A stretch of 63,333 bases of DNA, filler included, from Collodictyon triciliatum (taxonomy: Eukaryota), in assembly GCA_043381765.1 (NCBI GenBank). It is 5 parts of 5 records of this genome, joined end to end, with 100 filler letters (N's around TTAATTAATTAA, not from the genome) between each part and the next. Parts side by side here need not be neighbours in the genome. Positions count along the whole stretch, not along the records: positions 1 to 17,786 come from JBHJMP010001424.1; 4 more parts are not named here. One strand, given 5' to 3'. Positions 1 to 10,897 of the stretch are shown piece by piece; positions within the stretch are counted from its first letter, which is position 1; each line of letters opens with the position of its first letter. The notes under the pieces are model-generated. The model was not told the origin of the DNA. It did not search any database and was given only the letters and a program-made list of their open reading frames with translations. The position numbers were made by a program, and so were the translations under genes.

Positions 1-3000
1 AAAAAAAAAAAAAACAAAAAAACAAAAAAACAAAAAAACAAAAAAACAAAAAAACAAAAAAACAAAAAAACAAAAAAACAAAAAAACCAAAAATAAAAAA
101 ATGAAATATTGACTAAAATAAACATATTGAATTATCAAAAAGGAAAACGTGTTCAAGGAAAGTATATCCTCTTTATTATGACAATAAATACCATCACATG
201 TTAAAATGTAATGGCGTGTTTTATCGAATTGAATTCCTTTTAGGTATTATGAAATATTAAAAATACTTATTTATCCATATTTTTTTATAATCATCATAGG
301 TATATTAATGGATGTCTATTGATGACATTTGTTTCCTCCAATAATAATGTGTGCGATGCCTAGTTTACTTGCTCCTTATAAGTATGATTTTTTCTCATGA
401 TTAAAATTGGTCTTTCATACTGTGATGGTATCTTCTACAATTTTAATTTTAGGTATCACCAGAGCAAGAATTACATTTAATGAATACGTATATATCCTTC
501 ATTATATAGAAAATCAAAGAGCTCATTCACTGAAACCAATATATCGACAATTTTGATTTAATCCACCATAATTTTTAACATAATAAATTATACGATGAGA
601 ATTTACAGGCCATTATATGAATCTTAAAAAAAAAGTAGTAGCATTCTTGAGGTTTTTTTTATCATAAAGCAAATAATATCATCAAATTAACTTGAAATTC
701 GATCTAATAGAAACATTCAGCTTAATGGAACCTTTTTCTTATCATTTACTCCATATTTAATAGTATATGCTATATTCTGTAGCAATTTTTGAAAATTGCA
801 AGTTTATACGATTTCTTATTTTGTCTGATTAGTTCAAAACTTTATCTTTATGTGAGAGTTATCAACATTTAAGTAGGCAATATCTTACATATATTGAAAT
901 GATGGACAGTATTTACTAAGAATTAATAATTGATTCCTAATTCTTGGAATTCTTCAGTGATACAATTATTCCAGCGAAAGCGATGTATAATAATAATAAT
1001 AATTCATCTCATTATCCTATATTTATTCACAATTATCCATGAAGAAAATGTTGTATAACTTGCTTTATTTCATTGACTCTTGATGATATTTTTAAAAATT
1101 TTTTTATCTAGTAGATTTATCATGTAATCAGCTTATGTACGAATCAATTTTATACAAATTATCTCTAAAATTTATATTTGGATATCAATTTATAACTTAC
1201 CTGTTACATATATGCTTTCACATTCATATTTAACAAATTCTGTGTTTTTATTTTTCCTTTCGGATAGAGCAAGATAGTGGAGGTTTTGGCTTTGATTCGT
1301 TAGCTATCTTAACAAATTCTGTAAATTATTCATCAAGTGAAGTATATCATAATATATCATTGATGAGTTAGCCATCGAGAATTTTCCTTAAATAAGTATA
1401 ATAATTATATTTATTGGTGCCAATATCAGATACCAAGCGAGAATGCGCACTAGTAAGGATTCATTCGATATTCAATCAGAACGTATATTATTCAAGAAAC
1501 TCGTTTGAGACCACGAGCTCTTATGAAACATGTATACTCGATATTTTCAGACTTCATTTTTTTCTGAAATAAGTTGATTTCATTTTGCGGATGAATTTAT
1601 TAAAATTATATCATAGCTTCGTTTTCGTACATAGACTTGGCCAACTTCAGGTATTTTATAACCATTTTACTCCAACCCCTAATAGAAAACGGAGTATCAA
1701 TTGTTGAATCCAATCACAGAGAATATCACTTTTCAATAATTAGCTATCCAAACTATCCTTTAAAGAATACAATATTAAAATCTAAATGTAAATGTATTCC
1801 ATTAACTATGATGGAATGATGATTTTCACTCGAATTAGCGAAATTTAATTAAAATTTTCATCAATAAAAAACCATAAAAACCTCTCGTTATTTTACTAGA
1901 TACAGAATCTGGTGATTTAATTTTGGGTCAGAACGACAAATTATTTAAACAAAATTTTCATTATAAAACTACATAAATCTAAATTATTTTCCATGCCCAA
2001 CTAAATGGTTGTCTTTATCGGCGAGTAAATTTATTGATCTATTAAATTTATAATACTTATCATAAATAAGACAATATGACTAAATAAATTTACATTTTAT
2101 TATTTTCAATAATATTTTGTATTGAATAAAATTACCATATATTTATATTTAAGATATAGTGATTTATAATGACGGTTCCTTTTTATTTTCTCTAACACAA
2201 AATTATTTTTCGAAATATATGAGAAAATAATCGTTTCAAATACTATCTATTGCTTTTTTTGTTGTGGTTATAGCAATTAGATAAATAATTAAAAGCTAAA
2301 AGTATTATAGTCTATTTTAATCATAAATGTGTTAAAACTTGTATTTCTGATAAATTAAAATTCTAAAAAACAAGATTTATTTTTATTTTAACATCTAATA
2401 AATATAAAATTGTGCACGAGAATGATAGTATATAATCTATTATTTTAATGTAAGAAATCAGTTATTTTTTAGAATATTAGATGAAAACAGATTTATCATT
2501 GAAAGCTAATTATTTTAGTTATCATCAATCGCTTAGAAAATAAAAATAATGCATAAACCATCTACACATATGAATTATTTTATGAACTGTTACTTTTTGA
2601 AAAAATAGCAAAAATAATTTTAACTCGATTTTTTTATCATTACATTCTATTCAACCTCGATGCCTTTATTTACAATGTAACTTAATCAGTATTTACGTAG
2701 CGCAGTAAGACACAAAAACTTCAGTCACCAGGACTCACAAAGAGAGATTTCATTCGGCCCTTAAAGGAAAGTAAGAATCAAATAAATTATATCAAATTCA
2801 ATCCTTGCTATGTGTTCCTAGTATGAGTATTACAATTACAATTATTTATATTCATTTAATTATTATATTAATTTAATTATTCATTTAGCTGTATTTCTAT
2901 CAATTTTCTGTTATATTTGAACACCCAATTATTATATAAAGCAAGTAATATTTTCGAATTTTGGGAAAGATAAAAAATCTGAAACAAACGAATTGCTATG

Positions 3001-3106
3001 GGTGGAATTTTTCTAAAGACGAATAATAGGTATTGCTCATTCTTGAGCGAATAAATGCAATATATCTAAAATTTAGGTTGTTCATTTACTTATTCAAACC
3101 ATAGAA

Positions 3107-6100
3107 ATGAGTGCTCATACTTAGTGCTTTCCGCTATTTTGCTCATATTGACATCCTCAGCATACGCGTATCCGGAATTTCAAAGGTTTGTAAATTTAAC
3201 AAAGTTGATTGCAATATATACACATTAATTATAAATGATTAGATGTCAATACTCAAGAGGAGATTTGATGTCTATGAAAGTCGCGGATGCATTTCAAATA
3301 CTCTTGAATCTATACGATGAAGCATGTCCCTCATCTAAAAGCCAACATGATTATCCCTCGCCTGGTGCCCATAACTCTGACGAAAACAAGTTCAGGGAAG
3401 ACGCATTGAATCTTTTCGGTTTTATGAGTGAAAAGAGCAAGAAATTCATAGAAGATTCATATTTCTATGGAAACCCCAACATAATCAAAAATGAGGAGAA
3501 AAACACTCAAAAATTAATTAATGAAGATGACAAGAGCCCGAATAACAAAAATGAAGCAAATCAATATGAGCTTCTTGTTCAGCTATATGATATATTTCGA
3601 GGTGATGACTGGTTCGATAATAGTAGATGGAAAGATGAGAGCATTCCCATTTGCGAATGGCATGGATTGTATTGCCATGAAAACTGTATGGATGAAGATT
3701 ATGAGGTAATTCTTAGAAACAATTTTCAACAAGTAAAGCTTGCTATTAATGTACCTTTGAATAATAGAAAAACACGTGCCCTATTGTTGGATTTCATATG
3801 TCAGGCAATAATATTTATGGGGATATTGAATCGGCATCTTCCATTTTTGAGAAGTTGCCCCTCTTTTCTGAACTGGATCTGAGCTATAATTCTGTGTTTG
3901 GGAATCTTCCAGATTTCAACTTTCCGAGCATTACCTATCTGAATATATACGTGAACCAAATATCAGGAAGCATGCCAAATTTTCAAAAAATTCCGCTGGT
4001 ATCTCACTTGGAGATTGATGGGAATCTATTGGAAGGAAGTGTTCCTAATTTTACAGGAATACCTTATGCAACTACTCTCTGGGTTGGATTGAGTGACAAA
4101 ATTTCGGGTAATCCCCACTTGATCTTTGGAGGATAATTGTACAGATAATTGAGTTATGAATTTTATGCAGGTACTTTGCCAAATTTTACAAAGCTGCCGA
4201 ATATTGAACTTCTTGGTGTTTACGGCAGCAAAATTTATGGTTTGATACTATATTTAAATAATTTATATTCCAAAACTTGCTTCTCTAATAATGAAATTCA
4301 GGAACCATCCCAAACTTTGGCGAAATACCAAATGTCAAAAGTATGCATCTTTATGGGAATGGATTATCTGGTAAAAACTTTTTTATTATTATTATCTGGT
4401 AAATACTGCAATATTTTTACTTAATAATGCTTCAATAATGTCATTTTATAATAGGTACAATCCCAGACTTTGATGGAATTCCAAAAACCAAAGTTATTTA
4501 CCTTGAAAGCAACCGACTTATCGGTATGTTTTTTTTTTAAAAATAAATGAATTGACCAAAAGTAATGTTTCTAATATACTTTGCAGGAACCGTTCCAAAC
4601 TTCTCAAATCTTCCAAATATGATATTTTTTTCGGCTTATGATAATCAAATTGACGGAACTCTTCCCACATTCAACTTTTCAATTGAAATGAAAGAAATAG
4701 TGGTTTTTCGGAACAACATTACCGGTCCATTACCTTCATTAAAGCTTCCATGGCTTAATAGGATAGACTTTAGTGAAAATAAAATAACTGGGTGCATTCC
4801 TAATGACTGGGATATTCCGTTAATTCAATATATAGACTTATCTCGGAACCAGATGCATGGAGACACATGGAATATGTTTCAAAATTTCGCCGGGTTAATA
4901 TCGCTTTCTGTGTCTTACAATCGATTCTCTGGAAATATTCCCTTAAGTATGTGGACTCTGACAAATCTAGTAACTATTGACCTAAGGAACAATTCGTTTT
5001 CTGGAGATGTAGGCCGTTTTATAACTCCAGTTGCGGAATATTACTATTATCACTATGAAAATCTTTTTCTTGATGACAATAATTTGCATGGGGCATTAGA
5101 TTGGTGGATATTTGACTATATGTTCAACGTGAAAAAATTGAGTTTGAGGAACAACAAAATCACAAAGCTTGGTGATCTAACAACTATTTTAAGATGGAAT
5201 TACATCGACCTCTCTGGAAACCCTATTGTTGGAAGTATCCCAGAATCATACAGCGGGTTTAAGAAACTTGAATACTTGGGGTTGAATGTCACCTTGATGA
5301 ATCACGGGAAAGCCAACTTCCTTCCAAATTTTATGAGATATGTGCATCCATTTAGTCTGGAAGATAACTCAAAACTCTACCTATGCCCTTCTATCGTTTC
5401 AAAATCAGGACTGATTAATCTTAAAGTCGACCTTAATCCAAAATATTACAACCATGAATTTTGTACCTGTCTGCCCGGATATTTTGGATTTGGTGATAAT
5501 TGTGTGAAATGTCCAAGAGAATGTGAATGTTTTGATGGATTATCATTGAAATATTGCCATGCTTCTCCTAAAGTTACTTCAGTGAGATCACTTCTGCCAT
5601 GTCCCCGACCTTCATCATGTGAATCTTTGATTCCATACAAGAACCCAAACTCAAGTGAGACCGTCGAGATAACTCGTTTGTGTGCAGAAGGTTACGAAGG
5701 AAGGGGGTGCTCAAAATGCAAGAATGGATATGGAAATCGAGGGTGGTCGTGTGTAAAATGCGATTACCGAAACACTGTTTTGACCTTGATTCTTGGATCT
5801 ATTGGATTCTGCGCGTTCATTGGTTACCTCTACTTCATGGAAACTTCAAAATCAGGTTGTTTAATTTGATTTAATTTTTGCTTTTATAAAAATAATTGAG
5901 AATTAATATCTATTTTACAGCAAAACTTAGGATTACCATGTTTCATATGCAAACACTTTCGATTGTTTCGTCTGGATTAATTCAATCAGAGGATGCAAAT
6001 AGTTTCACATACTTTTCATCATCTATCACCTCGATTCAATTTCCCACCATTTATTGCATCCTCGGAGTAGATCATATATTCAATGAACTCATCCTTAGCT

Positions 6101-7144
6101 TTTCTAGAATACCCATTTTCATTTCTATCGGTGCAATTGCATATGTTTCTGGATACGGTCACCGAAAAAATAAGGTAACGACCAAAAGGAGTCTTCATTT
6201 GATAAAATTCACATTGCATACTTTCTTTTTGAGAAATGATACTGGCCACTTACGAATGTCTAAATATTTCAGGCAATATTCATTACATTGAACCTTTTAT
6301 TCTACATTTACTATTCAATTGCAAGAGAAATCTTTGGCGTTTTTGGTTGCACTATTTATGATGACGGAGAAAAAAAATGGTATCTAAACTACAAACCCTG
6401 GATTCAATGCAGTCCTGGTTCAGATGATTATAAAAAATTGCTCGCAATATCGATACCTGTTTTTTTTCTATTCTTGGTTGGATTGCCAGCTTTTGCGTGG
6501 TGGAAAATCAAAATAATGTTTGAAAAACCGGGATATGAACCAGGAGCACGATATGGGTTCTTGTATCTGCCGTATAAAGAGGTAACTATTAACCTTTATG
6601 TTTGTTTAAGTCACTCAGCATTTGGATAATAATTTTATACTATTCTAACTTAGAGCTTTAAACACTGGGAATTCGTCGTTATTGCACGCCGTATCGCATT
6701 TTCTTTTGTCTTGAGTGTGATTCCATACACTAGGCCCTCTGTGTCATTTTTGCTTCTAGTTGTTATCATTCAGGTTTGAATTCTTACTTTTAATACAAAA
6801 ATTTATCTTGAAATAAAGGAAAATAATACAATCTAAAAACGCAGGGTTCAATCTGGATGCAAAAAGAGTACAAACCATACAACTCGAACATTGAGAATCA
6901 AATGGGTTTATCGAGCCTTTACATCATTTTTGTCTCCTTTTTTCTTGTACTTTTGTCGAGTTTAATAGGCCCCCATGCATGGATAACCGTTTTGTTGATC
7001 GGAATGAACTCTATATGGATTACTTACTTCACATCAATCGCCTTTATCGTTCCCCTTTTCAAAAGCGGTGCGATCAAACAAAAAATTTCTGAGATGAAGA
7101 ATTTGACAAAGAACAAAGAAGTTTTTGACCCTATGTCTCAATGA
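3107..7144 (+). CDS. Multi-exon LRR receptor-like membrane protein: signal peptide, plant-type LRRs, Cys-rich region, multi-pass TM domain; apparent 1-nt frameshift near the start
   Basis: LRR N-cap (LVQLYDIFRGDDWFDNSRWKDESIPICEWHGLYC) and LxxLxLxxNxxxGxIP repeats. Cys-rich CTCLPGYFG...CAEGYEGRGCSKC, then many hydrophobic segments with RYGFLYLPYKE..WEFVVIARR and YKPY..ENQM motifs. GT-AG introns give consistent phases; stop TGA at 7142-7144. The start is uncertain. Confidence 0.85.
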
Positions 7145-8141
7145 AAACCATATTGAAGAAGAAATATAAAACTACTACCGAAGAAAGGTCTAATAAAAGA
7201 ATGACTCCTCCGATTCCTTATTAACACTTGCGGCACTTGACCAAGTGACTCTTTTTTTTTAGGCAAACTCTTTTACATAATTTTCGTTGATGCACATTTA
7301 GTTATTGAATTATTCAATACAGCAAATTGACTGCATGTGAAAGGCAATGATGAATATAATCGGTTCATGTTGGAATCCAAGTAGGCATGTGATCCAATTT
7401 TTGCTCCCGAGTGATTTTTATCTTATTTTTGGTGAATGCAGCGAAAAAAAAATGGAAAGGAATAGCCAAGTAACATGTTTTGCGTGCAGCATATGTCGGT
7501 GTATTCGTTTATCCATACCTCTCCTTACGTGGCAAAAAGTAAAGCTTTATCTAAACTGCCTTTTTAGATGGTTTTGACAAGAGCCACCATTTCGCATGTG
7601 CGTCCTATAATATAAGGTTCGGTGATGAAAGTCTATAGCTCTAGCGCACAAGCCATTCATTTTTTCTGTTATCTCTTGATATCGTGTTCAATTCATGACA
7701 AGGATAGAAACCACCAGCTACGAAGATGCATAAAAGAAATGCTTTGCGCAAGTGTTGAAAAAAAAAAGGAAGGTTGTCTTTTTTTTTTTTCTCTTTTTCC
7801 CAAAAAGCTTGTGACCATGTATCTGCACCACAGTTAAGCCGCCCCCTAAATGCGCACACTGCCAGGTTTTGTGCGAAGCATAATTTGATACTATCGCATC
7901 ATTGCACCCTTGTCACATATATTTTCTTCTCACTTGCAATAATTCGATACACACAAGAAATTATGCATATCTTTTTGTATATTCCACATATATTCCGGGT
8001 AACCACAAAATACAGGCAAACACAAGACACTCAACAACGAACAAAACACAACCACCAAATCGCCCTTCCCTTCCAACCCCCAAATCCATCAGCGCACCCA
8101 CAACACCCTTGCAAACAGACAGACTCCAAGAAACACGTCCG

Positions 8142-10535
8142 ATGCCACCAAAGGATTCCAAGGCAAAGCCGTCCAAGGCCAAAGAGCCCAAGGACAAAGA
8201 CGCCAAAGCCGAGGACACAAAGCGGCCCGATTCGTCCGGCACTGCAGAGGCCAAAGAGGCCGAGCCGAAAGACAGCAAAGCCGCTGCGTCTGAATCTGCT
8301 GCATCCGAACCCGCCTGCATCGGCTGGGGAAACCTGCTGGACAAGTACAAGCCAAAAGAAGGCTCGTGGAAGTGCGATGCGTGCATGCTGATCAACGATC
8401 CAGAGCTTCTCAAGTGCCGCGCCTGCGAACGCGAACGTGAACGTGAACGTGATCGCGACGGCAAACCAAGCAACCCAGTCGCAGGGAACTCCGCGGCAGC
8501 CGATAGCAACTCCGCAGCCGCTTTTCTCTTTGGTGCAAACTCGTCGGCCACAGGCTCCACTTCTCTGGCCTCTGGCCCTCTTGTCTTTGGGACGGTCTCT
8601 GGTGGCTTTGGTTCGGCCGCAAGCCAACCAACCGGCGGGCTTGTTTTCGGCTCATCCTCCAGTGGGTTTGGCTCAGCACCAAGTCAGCCGAGTAGCGGGC
8701 TTGTTTTCGGCTCATCCTCCAGTGGGTTTGGTTCAGCACCTGCATCCACACCCACACCCACACCCGCACCTTCTTCAGCGCCTCCAGCAGACAAACCAAC
8801 AGACTCAAAGACAAGCGAGGCATCGCCAAGCGAGACAAAGAAATCGAAAGGCACCCGCACAAAGCGCAAAGTAAGCGACGAGCAGGCACCAAAAGAAACA
8901 AAGCCGCTCGTTCTGGAGAAGGCAAATCCGGCCATCCAAGCGCGCGTGCCACTCACACGTCTGAGTCCAAAGGGAGTCCCCTGCGATGTCTTTACAGTCG
9001 GCACCAACGAAATCGGCCAGTTGGGCCATGGCGCCCAGCTGAGTGTGGCCAACCGGCCAAAGAAGGTGATGGCAATCTCAAACCAGCTCAAGCTGAAAGC
9101 CTACGATGGAGAATGTGGGACTCTTCATACAATCTTGTTTGCGCTTCCAGCAGAGCCTGCCAACCCGGCCATCCCGACAGTCTCGGACCGGTTTCTGAAC
9201 TCTGTGAAGGCGCTGGAAACAGGCGAGCCATCAGCCGACATACTGGCAAAACCACGCAAGGCAAGAGGACGAAAGCCCGGAACGGAGTCAGCCGAAGCAG
9301 CATGTGCACCGGATGGGACAAAGAAGGAAGAGACGCGGGGCAATGGCTGGGCACTGGTCTCGTGGGGCTGCAATGACGACTTTGCGCTTGGGCGAGTGGA
9401 TGGAGACGAAAACATCCCTGGGATTGTGGCTCTGCCTGCCGAGATACTGAGCGCGGGAATCTCTGTTGTTCAGGTGTCCTGTGGCGATTGCCACAGCGCG
9501 CTGCTTACAGACAGCGGAGCCGTGTATTCGTGGGGGGCGTATCGCAACGCACAGGGACACATCGGATACTCTGCAGACATCTCGCACCAAAAGACACCGC
9601 GCCTTGTGGAGGGAGGGCTGAAGGGCCGCCACATTGTGCAGATTGCCAGCGGAGGGAACCACACGCTGGCCCTGACAGTGGACGGAGAAGTCTTTGCATG
9701 GGGCGACGGACAACACGGGCAGCTCGGACGGCACATGGCGTTGCGCGTAAAGGGCGGACCAAAGGACTTTTTAACACCAAAGTACAACATCGAGTTCCCG
9801 TCTGCCGCGATGAAGGCTGCAGACGAAGGCCAGGACGAGCACAATGCCAAACGCACGCGCTCGGAGTCGGGCAGGTCTGTGCGGAAAACACAGCGTGTGC
9901 CGATTGTGCGAATCTACGCAGGCGCTTATCACAATATGGCGATTGCCCGCAACGGAGCGGTCTTTGGGTGGGGGCTCAACAACCACGGCCAACTTGGGCT
10001 CGGCCACCATGAGTCTGTCAATATCCCTACGCGTGTTGAGCCTGTGGAAGAGCTGAAGCCCGTCCACATGGCACTTGGCAACTACACATCCGCATGGCTT
10101 TCCAGCACGGGCGAGGTCTTTACCGCTGGACGCGGCGATTGCGGGCAACTCGGGTGCGGAGATATGCGGGAAAAGACCAATCCGCAGTTGACTCCGATTC
10201 GTGTCAAGTTTGCCGAGTTCCGGTACAGCGAGGGCGATGCAGAACCCTTGAGCGCAGGCAGCCCGATTGACTGGGTCGAGTATGTGCACACAAGAGGAGA
10301 CCACTTTCTTGCCGTCACAAACAAAGGGAATCTCTACGCCTGGGGCGCGGGCGACATGAGCCAACTGGCAAACGCATCCGGTGATGCAGACTCCAATGAT
10401 GTCATGCAGGAAGGCCGCGATGCCCCGGTTCCAATCCCCATCGCGTCTCGCAATCGCCGCATCCCGATGGCGCTCGGTGGCTCCATGCACACAGTCATCT
10501 TGGCTTCTGCTGCTGAGGCCGACAAGGCCGAATAG
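8142..10535 (+). CDS. RCC1: RCC1 (Ran guanine-nucleotide exchange factor) family protein with N-terminal RanBP2-type zinc finger and FG-repeat region; intronless, 797 aa
   Basis: RCC1 blades resembling true RCC1/Prp20: SWGCNDDFALGR, VVQVSCGDCHSALLTDSGAVYSWGAYRNAQGHIG, IASGGNHTLALTVDGEVFAWGDGQHGQLGR, GAYHNMAI..GAVFGWGLNNHGQLG. Likely start is ATG 8142 (MPPK), where the GC-rich coding character begins. Zinc finger WKCDACMLINDPELLKCRAC. Confidence 0.88.
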   Translation: MPPKDSKAKPSKAKEPKDKDAKAEDTKRPDSSGTAEAKEAEPKDSKAAASESAASEPACIGWGNLLDKYKPKEGSWKCDACMLINDPELLKCRACERERERERDRDGKPSNPVAGNSAAADSNSAAAFLFGANSSATGSTSLASGPLVFGTVSGGFGSAASQPTGGLVFGSSSSGFGSAPSQPSSGLVFGSSSSGFGSAPASTPTPTPAPSSAPPADKPTDSKTSEASPSETKKSKGTRTKRKVSDEQAPKETKPLVLEKANPAIQARVPLTRLSPKGVPCDVFTVGTNEIGQLGHGAQLSVANRPKKVMAISNQLKLKAYDGECGTLHTILFALPAEPANPAIPTVSDRFLNSVKALETGEPSADILAKPRKARGRKPGTESAEAACAPDGTKKEETRGNGWALVSWGCNDDFALGRVDGDENIPGIVALPAEILSAGISVVQVSCGDCHSALLTDSGAVYSWGAYRNAQGHIGYSADISHQKTPRLVEGGLKGRHIVQIASGGNHTLALTVDGEVFAWGDGQHGQLGRHMALRVKGGPKDFLTPKYNIEFPSAAMKAADEGQDEHNAKRTRSESGRSVRKTQRVPIVRIYAGAYHNMAIARNGAVFGWGLNNHGQLGLGHHESVNIPTRVEPVEELKPVHMALGNYTSAWLSSTGEVFTAGRGDCGQLGCGDMREKTNPQLTPIRVKFAEFRYSEGDAEPLSAGSPIDWVEYVHTRGDHFLAVTNKGNLYAWGAGDMSQLANASGDADSNDVMQEGRDAPVPIPIASRNRRIPMALGGSMHTVILASAAEADKAE

Positions 10536-10589
10536 CCCGCGGCTTCCTTTGCTTCTTGGAAGGGAAATCAGAATAAATCATATCTACCT

Positions 10590-10897
10590 TTTTCTTTTTT
10601 TTCTCTTTTTTCTCTCTTTTTTTCTCTCTTTTTTTCTCTCTTTTTTTCTCTCTTTTTTTCTCTCTTTTTTTCTCTCTTTTTTTCTCTCTTTTTTTCTCTC
10701 TTTTNTTTTTTTTTCTCTCTTTTTTCTCTCTTTTTTCTCTCTTTTTTTCTCTCTTTTTTTCTCTCTTTTTTTCTCTCTTTTTTTCTCTCTTTTTTTCTCT
10801 CTTTTTTTCTCTCTTTTTTTCTCTCTTTTTTTTCTCTTTTTCTCTCTTTTTTTCTCTCTTTTTTTCTCTCTTTTTTTCTCTCTTTTTTTCTCTTTTT
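10590..10897. repeat. Pyrimidine-rich tandem repeat, approximately (TTTTTTTCTCTC)n
   Basis: Directly visible; produces spurious F/S/L and K/E/R ORFs. Confidence 0.95.

Noticed and set aside
1-90. (A7C)n at the left end and (T9G)n at the right end (about 63280-63333), with telomere-like polarity
   Set aside because: The unit lengths differ and similar A/C and T/G repeats occur internally; contigs here routinely break at simple repeats.
7902-8141. N-terminal extension of the 877-aa ORF
   Set aside because: It begins at a TTG in AT-rich, UTR-like sequence; ATG 8142 (MPPK) is the better start.
7961-10525. Many overlapping antisense and alternative-frame ORFs over RCC1
   Set aside because: Expected by-product of GC-rich coding sequence; no motifs.
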